DNA of 64,000 bases from Dehalococcoidia bacterium (GCA_965116365.1 OZ220682.1:2008001-2072000); one strand, 5' to 3'; positions 1-7,185 are shown, numbered from the stretch's first letter. The notes: generated by a model not told the origin, from the sequence alone. A program made the numbers and translations.

Positions 1-675
1 ATCGAGGGTTTCCACTTCGTGCGGAAGCACCCGATTCTGCCTGGTCTCTACTTGCTGGACATTGGCGTGACGATTGTGAGTTTCTACCGGATGCTGTTCC
101 CGTTCTTCTCTCACGAGCTGTACGGGATGGGCGCGCAGGGCACGGCGATGCTGACGTCGGCGAACGCTTTGGGTGGCGTGTGCGGGAGCATGGTGGTGTT
201 TATCACGGAGAGGTGGCGTCGCAAGGGGATGATTGTGCTGGTGGCGACGTTGATCTACGCGCTGTTGTTGTTCGCTTGGGGGTTCAACCGGGTCGATTTT
301 GTGGACAACCCGCATCTGGTGCTGAGTTTGTTCGATTTCTCGTGGACGGTTAACTACATCTTCGCTATTGGTCTGGGGTTGGTGGCGCTGCTTGGGGGTA
401 CGGATGCGGTTGGTATGACGATGCGGCAGGCTTTGGTGCAGTTGACGGCGCCTGACAATATGCTGGGGCGTGCGAGTAGCGCGCACTCGTTCTCGGCGAT
501 GGGTGCGAACCACCTGGGTCAGATGGAGGTGTCGTTCGTGGGCGGGATCATCGGTGCGGGGAATGTGATGGTTTTGGGAGGTGTGATCTCGGTGATCGTT
601 GTGTTTGCGATTTGGCGGCTGGTGCCGGGGATACGGAATTATCGGTATCGGCCGCAGAGGCGGCCGCGGGGGTGA
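1..675 (+). CDS. MFS-type transporter, C-terminal portion (5' end lies outside the window)
   Basis: Frame 1 is open from base 1 (IEGFHFVRKHPILPG...) to TGA at 673-675. The product is a series of hydrophobic helices with Gly-rich packing, typical of the C-terminal half of MFS permeases. The last ~49 nt lie inside a 105-bp direct repeat. Confidence 0.7.
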   Translation: MEGFHFVRKHPILPGLYLLDIGVTIVSFYRMLFPFFSHELYGMGAQGTAMLTSANALGGVCGSMVVFITERWRRKGMIVLVATLIYALLLFAWGFNRVDFVDNPHLVLSLFDFSWTVNYIFAIGLGLVALLGGTDAVGMTMRQALVQLTAPDNMLGRASSAHSFSAMGANHLGQMEVSFVGGIIGAGNVMVLGGVISVIVVFAIWRLVPGIRNYRYRPQRRPRG

Positions 676-731
676 TTTGAACTGTGATTTATGTGATTTG
701 AATGATGGGCTGTGATTTTTTTGGTGTTGGT
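627..731. repeat. Direct repeat copy 1 (~105 bp), spanning the MFS stop codon
   Basis: ggggatacggaattatcggtatcggccgcagaggcggccgcgggggtgatttgaactgtgatttatgtgatttgaatgatgggctgtgattttt..ggtgttggt recurs at 1120-1223. I see one substitution and one small indel in the T-run. Confidence 0.9.
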
Positions 732-1043
732 TTATGGGATGAGTTCAATGATTAAGGGGCCTGGGTTTGAGAAGTTCAAAGCGAAGTGATGTATGCTTAC
801 AACTGAGGTCGCGATGGCGTATCTCAAGTGGTCGGAGGATGGGGTCGCAGGTTCGCTTCAAGAGGCTGCGACACCAATTACGCTTGCTAGGCGACCTCCG
901 ACCAGTCCCAATCGTAACCGAGCATCCTCTGTGTTCGCTACGCGAAGGGGTTACCCTCACCCTAGCCTTCTCCCATCGAAGGACGTTTGCCAACTGGATG
1001 GCGGGGCTTGATAGCACATGTTGAGCCACCCCTTGACCCCGGT

Positions 1044-1082
1044 CCCCCTCACCCTAGCCCTCTCCCACGGAGGGGAGAGGGA
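1044..1082. repeat. Palindromic repeat family A (CACCCTAGCCCTCTCCC-loop-GGGAGAGGG)
   Basis: ccccctcaccctagccctctcccacggaggggagaggga. The arms ccctctccc (1058-1066) and gggagaggg (1073-1081) are complementary. The same element occurs at 1611, 3341, 5524, 7757 and 52099. Confidence 0.85.
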
Positions 1083-1119
1083 ATTGTTGTTGGCTGTGCA
1101 AACGTCACATCGAGGGACA

Positions 1120-1223
1120 GGGGATACGGAATTATCGGTATCGGCCGCAGAGGCGGCCGCGGGGGTGATTTGAACTGTGATTTATGTGATTTGAATGATG
1201 GACTGTGATTTTTAGGTGTTGGT
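1120..1223. repeat. Direct repeat copy 2 (~104 bp)
   Basis: Near-identical to 627-731, 493 bp downstream. It lies 60 bp upstream of the HicB-like gene. Confidence 0.9.
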
Positions 1224-1282
1224 GCAAAGGCGACTAAAATCTCAAGCTTCAGTCTGTGGAGTAGAGGGACAAGGAGATTGAA

Positions 1283-1549
1283 ATGAAGTTACAGGTCAAG
1301 TTTGAAGACGACGAAAATGGGTGGATTACGGCGTATTGCCCTGACCTGCCTGGCTGCATATCTCAAGGCAGAGGTATCGCTGATGCGAAAGCGAATATCA
1401 AGGAGGCGATGGAGGGATTTCTGGGGGTGTTGCTTGAAGATGCTATAGCCGAGTATCTGAAGAAATATGAAGAACGTGGACGGGCCATCCCTGGAGTCTC
1501 GAATGACAAGCATGTTGAGGCTCAATGGCGTATAGAAGCGACGGTTTGA
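1283..1549 (+). CDS. HicB-like antitoxin (UPF0150 family), no HicA partner seen
   Basis: The 88-aa product MKLQVKFEDDENGWITAYCPDLPGCISQGRGIADAKANIKEAMEGFL matches the HicB/UPF0150 N-terminal fold signature (..W.A.CP.LPGC...G.t.eEA..n..EA...). A GGAG lies ~9 nt upstream of the ATG. Confidence 0.7.
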   Translation: MKLQVKFEDDENGWITAYCPDLPGCISQGRGIADAKANIKEAMEGFLGVLLEDAIAEYLKKYEERGRAIPGVSNDKHVEAQWRIEATV

Positions 1550-1610
1550 AATAAGGTCCCGTAGAAAACGAGTTCGTGTCTGCGATGATGGTGCCCCCCT
1601 TTGTCCCATC

Positions 1611-1650
1611 TCACCCTCACCCTAGCCCTCTCCCATCGAGGGAGAGGGGA
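1611..1650. repeat. Palindromic repeat family A
   Basis: tcaccctcaccctagccctctcccatcgagggagagggga, the canonical copy. Confidence 0.85.
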
Positions 1651-1705
1651 ACCTGTTGCCCATCCGCCCCGGGCATACCCCGCGAAATTCGCTTCGCTCT
1701 TTCGC

Positions 1706-1730
1706 GCCCCTTTCGATTCTCGAAAGGGGC
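1706..1730. repeat. Palindromic repeat family D (CCCCTTTCGA-ttc-TCGAAAGGGG); possible terminator of the PQQ dehydrogenase gene
   Basis: Perfect 10-bp inverted arms at 1707-1716 and 1720-1729. It sits 3 nt beyond the stop (1734-1736, minus strand) of the adjacent gene. A second copy is at 3313-3337. Confidence 0.75.
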
Positions 1731-1733
1731 TAG

Positions 1734-3005
1734 TTAGCGGGGGACCATTTTGAGGATGGGGCCGTTGAAGCGGAGGATGTAGATTTCGCCTTGGGTGTCG
1801 GTGCCGAAGGAGGTTATGCCGGGTTGGTCGTATTGGGTGCCTTCAGGGGCGATGGGTTTGACGGCGGTGCTGCCGGTTTCGGGGTTTTCGGGGTTCATGA
1901 CGCGGATTTCGCCTTTGCAGTGGTCGGAGTAGAGGTAGTTGCCGGTGAGGGTGGGTATGTCGTCGCCGCGGTAGACGGGGCCGGCGATTACGGAGCAGTG
2001 GCCGGAGCGTGGCGGGTAGTCTTCGACGGGGAAGGTCATGCCGGTCTGGTTGCAGTCTTGGCGGGGTCGGAAGCAGGCGGTTCCTTCCATGGTGGCCCAG
2101 CCGAAGTTTGTGCCGCCGCCGGTCTTGGTGCTGATGACGTTGATTTCGTCGCGGTAGCTCTGCCCTACGTCGCCGATCCATAGGAGGTCGGTTTCGGCGT
2201 CGAATGTCATGCGCCACGGGTTGCGGAGTCCGTAGGCCCAGATTTCGTCAGGGATGTCGGGATCGTCGATGTAGGGATTGTCGGGGGGAATGCGATACGG
2301 TTCGCTGTTGCGGGTTTGAGAGATGTCGAGGCGGATGATGGTGCCCCATGCGTTGGTGAGGTCTTGGCCGTTGTCTTTGGGGTCGCCGCGTGAGCCGCCG
2401 TCGCCGAGTCCGAGGTAGAGGTAGCCATTGTTGTCGAAGACGATCTTTCCGCCGTTGTGATTGCCGTATGGCTGGGTAATCTCGTATACGATGTGCTCGC
2501 TGCTCCAGTCGGCGATGTATTCGTCGACTGTGAACCAGGAGAGTCTTGTGCTGCGGAAGCCTTGTTGTACGGAGTAGTACATCCAGACGCGGCCGTTGGT
2601 TTCGTAGTTGGGGTCGAGGGCTAATGAGAGGAGTCCTTCCTCGTTGGAGGCGCGGCTGACGCGTTCTCGGATGGAGAAGGTGAGGATCGGGTCGCGTCGG
2701 GCGTCGATGAACGCTCTGTGGACCTGCCCTACTTGCTCGGCGACGAGGGCCGATTCACCATCGGGAAGAAAGGCGATGTCGGTGGGACGTTCCCACTCGT
2801 AACCGCCGAAGGCTTCGACGAATCCGAAATCGTAGCGGTCGAAGGCGCGGTCAGGGGTCGGTGGGACCGCGACGGTAATGATGGGGACTGGGGTCGGAGT
2901 TGGGCGTGGGGTTGGTTCGGGGGTGGTTGAGCAGGCGATTAGGAATGTGGATAGGAGGATTAGGGGAAGGACGAGAGGGAGGATGTTGCGGAGGATTGGG
3001 TACAT
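1734..3005 (-). CDS. PQQ-dependent sugar (glucose/sorbosone) dehydrogenase family, probable lipoprotein
   Basis: The ORF 1734-3242 was trimmed to the ATG at 3003-3005, giving MYPILRNILPLVLPLILLSTFLIACSTT (signal peptide plus lipobox-like LIAC). The body carries beta-propeller motifs typical of soluble PQQ dehydrogenases (NHNGG, GLGDGG, YGLRNPWR, DVGQ..EEIN). Confidence 0.8.
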   Translation of the reverse strand: MYPILRNILPLVLPLILLSTFLIACSTTPEPTPRPTPTPVPIITVAVPPTPDRAFDRYDFGFVEAFGGYEWERPTDIAFLPDGESALVAEQVGQVHRAFIDARRDPILTFSIRERVSRASNEEGLLSLALDPNYETNGRVWMYYSVQQGFRSTRLSWFTVDEYIADWSSEHIVYEITQPYGNHNGGKIVFDNNGYLYLGLGDGGSRGDPKDNGQDLTNAWGTIIRLDISQTRNSEPYRIPPDNPYIDDPDIPDEIWAYGLRNPWRMTFDAETDLLWIGDVGQSYRDEINVISTKTGGGTNFGWATMEGTACFRPRQDCNQTGMTFPVEDYPPRSGHCSVIAGPVYRGDDIPTLTGNYLYSDHCKGEIRVMNPENPETGSTAVKPIAPEGTQYDQPGITSFGTDTQGEIYILRFNGPILKMVPR

Positions 3006-3150
3006 TCTCCTTATTTTGTGTTTTCTGAACTGTGATTGCGGTGACTTGGATTGATATCTGTGATCTTTTGGTGGGGCGTGATTGTTTGTTGCGGTGTGTG
3101 GTGTATGAACCCCCTGCGTCTTCTCGCGTCGGTCTTTTGGGCTCGCCGCG

Positions 3151-3178
3151 TCCCCCTTTTGCTGACGCAAAAAGGGGA
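3151..3178. repeat. Palindromic repeat family E (CCCCTTTTGC-loop-GCAAAAAGGGG)
   Basis: tccccctttt gctgacgcaa aaagggga, an imperfect hairpin. A related copy gtccccttacgctgtgcgaaggggac is at 5693-5718. Confidence 0.6.
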
Positions 3179-3195
3179 GGGAATGGCTTCTAAGT

Positions 3196-3220
3196 GGGTA
3201 GGTTTGAAACCTGCCTCTAC
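3196..3220. repeat. REP-like repeat family C (GTAG-headed palindrome around AGGTTTGAAACCT)
   Basis: gggtaggtttgaaacctgcctctac; its reverse complement starts GTAGAGGCAGGTTTCAAACCT. Related copies are at 7555-7580 and 7820-7849. Confidence 0.8.
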
Positions 3221-3278
3221 GTCGACGATGGGTTTGTGTCACCTGACGCCGGGCATCCCCCGCGTACCCCCTCTGAAT

Positions 3279-3297
3279 CTCCCCCTAAAAGGGGGAG
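3279..3297. repeat. Palindromic repeat family F (CTCCCCC-loop-GGGGGAG)
   Basis: ctccccctaaaagggggag. A second copy ctccccctaggagggggag is at 52963-52981. Confidence 0.6.
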
Positions 3298-3312
3298 GTG
3301 GAAGAAGTATGC

Positions 3313-3337
3313 GCCCCCTTCGATTCTCGAAAGGGGG
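3313..3337. repeat. Palindromic repeat family D
   Basis: gcccccttcgattctcgaaaggggg, a near-copy of 1706-1730 with one bulged A. Confidence 0.75.
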
Positions 3338-3340
3338 TGT

Positions 3341-3404
3341 TCACCCTCACCCCCGGATCAAGTCCGGGGCAGGCTCTAGCCCTCTCCCATCGAGGGAGAG
3401 GGGA
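3341..3404. repeat. Palindromic repeat family A with a nested hairpin insertion
   Basis: The family A left end tcaccctcac is interrupted by ccccggatcaagtccgggg (3351-3369, itself a hairpin). The element then resumes as ctagccctctcccatcgagggagagggga. It ends 2 nt before the dnaN stop codon (3407-3409). Confidence 0.8.
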
Positions 3405-3406
3405 TT

Positions 3407-4609
3407 TTACCACTGGACGTACATGGGCATGACAACGTGTGTGAAGCCGGGGTGGCTGGAGTGGCGGAAGACGGCGGGGCTAGATGGTGTGGTTATCGAT
3501 AGGACGAGCTTTTCGGCGCCGGGTGTGCCGTCGCCGTCGGTCTCGACGGGGTTGGATGAGCCGCCTTGGGAGTGTTGGACTAGATCGGTGAGGAAGCGCA
3601 CGTTGAAGGCGATCTTGCCCTCTTCGCCCTCGATGTCGATATCGAGGCTGCCTTCGCTGTTTCCGAGGTCTTCGGCGTTGGCGGAGAGAGTGAGACGCCC
3701 CTGCCCTTCGAGGTCGGATGCGACGAGTCGAATGATGGCGCTTCCTTCGCGGGCAATGACGTTCATGGACCGGGCGACCTGAGCGACGCCTTCGAGCGGG
3801 ATCGTCATTGTTGTGTCTGAGCTTTCAGGGACGAGGCTCTTGTAGTCGGGATAGGTTCCGGCGATGAGCTGGGTGATCATTTCGACATCATCGCCGATGC
3901 GGAACATTGCCTCGCCACCGGTTTCGGAGACCATGATTTCAACTGGGGATACGGTTCCGGACATCAGCGCAGTGAGTTCGCGCAGAGCGCGGGCTGGAAT
4001 GAGTGCGTCGAAGCCCTCTTCGGCGGCGTCCATAAGCTGGGCGGACTCGATCGAGAGTCGGAAACCGTCGGCGGCGGCGAATGTCGCCTTGTCGCCTTCG
4101 ACTTCCATCTTGACGCCGGTCAACACCGGGCGCGCGTCGTCGGTAGCGGCGGCGAAGACGGTTCGGTCCAAAGCGTTACGCAAGATGCCGGAATCTACTC
4201 TGACGCGGTGCTTGGGGGAGACTTCTGGGAAAGGCGGGTAATCGTCTTTGGGGGCGCCGCGGAGGTCGGTGTCGATGGTTGTAGGACCGCTGCCGCTCTG
4301 GGTGGTCGTCTGGATGTGTGCGCCGTAGGGTTCGTCGGTGACTTCAAGTTCGACACGCCCCATGTCGAAGCTGCTGATGGTGTCGATCAGGGTTCGGGCT
4401 GGCAGGGTTATGGCCCCGGTGGCTTCGATCTGTGCACCGACCCACGTCGTGATCGAGAGCTCCAAATCGGTCGCTGACAGTTTTACTCTTGCGTCCTCAG
4501 CCTCGATCAGGATGTTCTGAGTGATGGGGAGCGTTGCTCTCGACGGCACCGCTCGGTTCACCACTCGCAGTCCACGTGCCAAATTTTCCTGTATGCAAGT
4601 AATCTTCAT
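3407..4609 (-). CDS. dnaN: DNA polymerase III beta sliding clamp
   Basis: MKITCIQENLARGLRVVNRAVPSRATLPITQNILIEAEDARVKLSATDLELSI... is a classic DnaN N-terminus, and the length fits three domains. The ATG at 4607-4609 was preferred over the TTG at 4618. Confidence 0.93.
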   Translation of the reverse strand: MKITCIQENLARGLRVVNRAVPSRATLPITQNILIEAEDARVKLSATDLELSITTWVGAQIEATGAITLPARTLIDTISSFDMGRVELEVTDEPYGAHIQTTTQSGSGPTTIDTDLRGAPKDDYPPFPEVSPKHRVRVDSGILRNALDRTVFAAATDDARPVLTGVKMEVEGDKATFAAADGFRLSIESAQLMDAAEEGFDALIPARALRELTALMSGTVSPVEIMVSETGGEAMFRIGDDVEMITQLIAGTYPDYKSLVPESSDTTMTIPLEGVAQVARSMNVIAREGSAIIRLVASDLEGQGRLTLSANAEDLGNSEGSLDIDIEGEEGKIAFNVRFLTDLVQHSQGGSSNPVETDGDGTPGAEKLVLSITTPSSPAVFRHSSHPGFTHVVMPMYVQW

Positions 4610-4804
4610 TCCGACCAATCCAGAAATCTAGTCTCTTTCCCAGCAAGTCTGGTTAGACTCGCAAATTCTAGAATCACGTTGTGATCGACGTCGAAAATCG
4701 TCCAACGGGACTCGTTATTTCTTCGCTGTAATGATACAGCGTGGTAAATATCTTCTTTAAGTTCAACTCCAGTTCAAGCACAACTGAACTCTGAAAGCAA
4801 CGTA

Positions 4805-5515
4805 ATGCCATCCGACCCTAGCGAAATTTCCCAATCTGATCCAGTTGGTGAAGTGCCAAGTGCGGAGATGGGATTCGCTACGGTCGATCTCGATCGGGAG
4901 CGTAGGACCGGCTTTCCAGAGGTCGTGATGGGTCAGGGCAAGACACCGGAGCACATCGCTGAGATTGCGAAACGGATCTACGATGCGTCAGGCATGGTGC
5001 TTGTAACGCGGTCTGATGCAGTCGGTGCTGAAGCTGTTAAGGCGGTGGTTCCGAGTGCTCATTTCATCGAGAGTTGCGGGGCGATCTGGGCTGACGATCG
5101 GGGTTTAGTGGCGAAGCACGAGGGGTTGGTTGTGGTGTCTGCTGGTACTGCTGATATGGCGGTTGCGGATGAGGCGGAGATTGTGGCGAAGTTGATGCTT
5201 TGTGATGTCCGGCGGATCAATGATGTCGGTGTGGCAGGTATTCACCGATTGTTGGCGCATAAAGACGTGTTGCAGGCGGCGCGGGCGATTGTGGTGGTTG
5301 CAGGTATGGATGGTGCGTTACCGAGCGTTGTCGGCGGACTTGTCGAAGCGCCGGTTATTGCGGTGCCTACGAGTAATGGATATGGGACCGGATTGGAGGG
5401 CTTTTCGGCGATGCTGACGATGCTGAACTCGTGCTCGCCGGGAGTTTCGGTTGTGAATATCGACGCGGGGTTCTCAGCGGGGTATCAGGCGGCGCTGATT
5501 TGTCGGGCGGGATGA
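4805..5515 (+). CDS. larB: LarB-type (PurE-like) nickel-pincer cofactor biosynthesis carboxylase/hydrolase
   Basis: DLDRERRTGFPEVVMGQGKT...VVSAGTADMAVADEA...GIHRLL...VVAGMDGALPSVVGGL...PVIAVPTS.GYG matches the AIR-carboxylase-related LarB/CpmA family. The true start could instead be the internal Met at codon 22. Confidence 0.8.
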   Translation: MPSDPSEISQSDPVGEVPSAEMGFATVDLDRERRTGFPEVVMGQGKTPEHIAEIAKRIYDASGMVLVTRSDAVGAEAVKAVVPSAHFIESCGAIWADDRGLVAKHEGLVVVSAGTADMAVADEAEIVAKLMLCDVRRINDVGVAGIHRLLAHKDVLQAARAIVVVAGMDGALPSVVGGLVEAPVIAVPTSNGYGTGLEGFSAMLTMLNSCSPGVSVVNIDAGFSAGYQAALICRAG

Positions 5516-5523
5516 TGGATGTT

Positions 5524-5563
5524 TCACCCTCACCCTAACCCTCTCCCATCAAGGGAGAGGGGA
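5524..5563. repeat. Palindromic repeat family A
   Basis: tcaccctcaccctaaccctctcccatcaagggagagggga, 8 nt after the larB stop. A degenerate half copy follows at 5577-5598. Confidence 0.85.
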
Positions 5564-5615
5564 TACTATGGCGCTGCCCTCTCCGATCGAGGGGGAGGAT
5601 ACTGCTGCTGCCCTG

Positions 5616-5648
5616 CCCCTCTGGATTCCTGCCTGCGCAGGAATGACG
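5616..5648. repeat. Palindromic repeat family B (CCTCTGGATTCC-hairpin-GGAATGACG)
   Basis: cccctctggattcctgcctgcgcaggaatgacg. Related copies are at 52382, 52430, 54927 and 62517. Confidence 0.8.
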
Positions 5649-5692
5649 AATGGTGGGTGGGCATCCCCTGCGTAGTCTCTGAGCTTCTACGC

Positions 5693-5718
5693 GTCCCCTT
5701 ACGCTGTGCGAAGGGGAC
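5693..5718. repeat. Palindromic repeat family E-like; possible terminator of the cytochrome c gene
   Basis: gtcccctt acgctgtgcg aaggggac with 8-bp perfect outer arms. It ends 6 nt before the stop (5725-5727) of the minus-strand cytochrome c gene. Confidence 0.6.
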
Positions 5719-5724
5719 AAAGGA

Positions 5725-6249
5725 TTAATTGTTGGCTTTGACGAAGGCTAGTAGGTCGGCTAGCTCTTGATCGGAGAGGTAGTCGAAGGCTGGCATTACG
5801 TTGGTGAAGCCTTCGGCGATGAATTTCGAGGGTTTGGTGATGGATTGGACTAGGTAGTCTTCGGCTTCGAGGTCAGTGCGTTCGCCGGCGCGGGTGTAGA
5901 GGCCTTTCCAGCCGGGTCCGACGATGACGTCGTCGCCGACGGAGTGGCAGGCGGCACAGCCGAGAGATGTATGAAGCGCTTCGCCGTTGCTGGCGTTGCC
6001 TTCTGGAAGGACGATTGGTTCGGCGGCGAATGCGGCGATGTCGGCGGCTGATGCGCCTGCGAGGACTAGATCGCGGGTGCCGGGAGCGGCTGGTGTGGGA
6101 TCGAACGCCACTGGTGTCGCGGTGGGGTTCGGCACCTCGGTGCAGCCTGCGATGAATACCGATGCGAGCAGTAGGACGATTAGACTGGCGGCGGCGATTC
6201 TGCCGCGGCTCTTTTCGACGCGCTTAAACGAAAATCCTGCGATGGGCAA
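5725..6249 (-). CDS. Membrane-anchored/lipoprotein c-type monohaem cytochrome
   Basis: Contains the CAACH haem-binding motif. The N-terminus IAAASLIVLLLASVFIAGC looks like a signal peptide with a lipobox. The start is TTG at 6247-6249 with GGGAGAG 8 nt upstream. Confidence 0.8.
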   Translation of the reverse strand: MPIAGFSFKRVEKSRGRIAAASLIVLLLASVFIAGCTEVPNPTATPVAFDPTPAAPGTRDLVLAGASAADIAAFAAEPIVLPEGNASNGEALHTSLGCAACHSVGDDVIVGPGWKGLYTRAGERTDLEAEDYLVQSITKPSKFIAEGFTNVMPAFDYLSDQELADLLAFVKANN

Positions 6250-6348
6250 TGCCGATCTCTCCCAAGTTCTGGCGTTTCCGACTCCAACAATTCTACGTCA
6301 GGGCGCCCAGCGCCTTTTCTTTTGGCCGCATCTAATTCGGGCTTGCGG

Positions 6349-7185
6349 CTACATCAGGTCGATCATACCGACTAGGTGTTCGAACGATGCGGGGTTTTCC
6401 GCTCGCTTCGCGCGCATTTTCTTGACAAGGTCGAGTTCATCCGTGGTCAGTGCGTTGATGTCTTCAATGTCGATTCCGCGTTCACGGGCACGCTCCAAAG
6501 CGCCGATGGCGTCGCTGTCGACGCCGGCCAATGTCTGGGGATCTATGCCTTGTTGTCTGGATGCGCTGATGAATCCCAGCCAATCAGTGCCGACGTTGCT
6601 GAGTTCGTCGAGGTCTATACCGACGGATCGCGCCTTGTTGATCAGCGCGATGTCGGACTGCGACAGCTGGGAGATGTCTTCGGTGCCTACGCCCTGCACA
6701 ATCAGCTTCGCCAGTGCGTCCAGCATCTCGGTATCGATCAAGTCGATCTGCTCGTCAGTCAGCCCCAGACGCGCCAGTCTGCGGAGCGCAACGACTTGGG
6801 ATGCGGTCAGTTCGGCGAGGTCTTCGAGTGGAACACCGAGTTCTTCGAGCCGTCGCATGGTCCTGTCGGCTTCCGGGTTCAATTCGTCTAGATCATCCGC
6901 GGAGATGCCCATCTCGAGGACGGCGTCGAGAAGTCGAGCGTCTTCTAGCGAAAGTATGCGTACCTCTTCGTCGAAGTAGTGCACTACCCGGCCGTAGTTG
7001 ATACCGAGTTTGGCCATCCAGTAGTTGATGGTCGCTTTCTGAACTCCGATCTCTTTGGAAATGCTTGCGACGGTTTCACCAGGCTCGTTCAGGCGAGCGT
7101 GAAGAGTCTCACGCAGGGGGCCGCCTAGCTTCTTTTCGGCATCTTCTACCGCTTTGGTGATTCTCAAGTAGTTGACCGTAGTCAT
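6349..7185 (-). CDS. HTH DNA-binding protein with seven exact 24-residue tandem repeats (function unknown)
   Basis: The ATG at 7183-7185 gives MTTVNYLRI.... An HTH-like segment ETVASISKEIGVQKATINYWMAKLGI follows. From residue 107 of the ORF-track translation there are seven consecutive 24-aa units, each starting G(I/V/L)xx(E/D)(D/Q)(L/I) (nt 6406-6909). Confidence 0.6.
   Translation of the reverse strand: MTTVNYLRITKAVEDAEKKLGGPLRETLHARLNEPGETVASISKEIGVQKATINYWMAKLGINYGRVVHYFDEEVRILSLEDARLLDAVLEMGISADDLDELNPEADRTMRRLEELGVPLEDLAELTASQVVALRRLARLGLTDEQIDLIDTEMLDALAKLIVQGVGTEDISQLSQSDIALINKARSVGIDLDELSNVGTDWLGFISASRQQGIDPQTLAGVDSDAIGALERARERGIDIEDINALTTDELDLVKKMRAKRAENPASFEHLVGMIDLM

Noticed and set aside
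3051-3782. A 243-aa ORF spanning the repeat mosaic and running into dnaN antisense. Also the ORFs 745-1029, 767-1024, 987-1208, 5519-5728, 7483-7852, 52124-53202 and 54744-54989.
   Set aside because: Their reading frames are made of palindromic repeat copies (translations such as HPHPRIKSGAG, LPSRERG, LWIPAFAGMT). They overlap one another on both strands and show no start context or protein-like composition.
4610-4804. oriC immediately upstream of dnaN.
   Set aside because: I found no TTATCCACA/TGTGGATAA-like boxes or marked AT-rich unwinding element in this 195-bp spacer, and dnaA is absent. The more AT-rich block at 7228-7520 is reported separately as a weaker candidate.
5987-6979. A long 330-aa ORF on the plus strand, and similar long ORFs at 19640-20374, 20329-20985, 21018-21791, 35604-35924 and 62898-63671.
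   Set aside because: They lie antisense to genes with strong family signatures (cytochrome c/HTH protein, aroK, aroC, aroE, SRAP, UxuA-like). They have S/R/A/P-biased low-complexity translations, as expected for shadow ORFs in GC-rich DNA.
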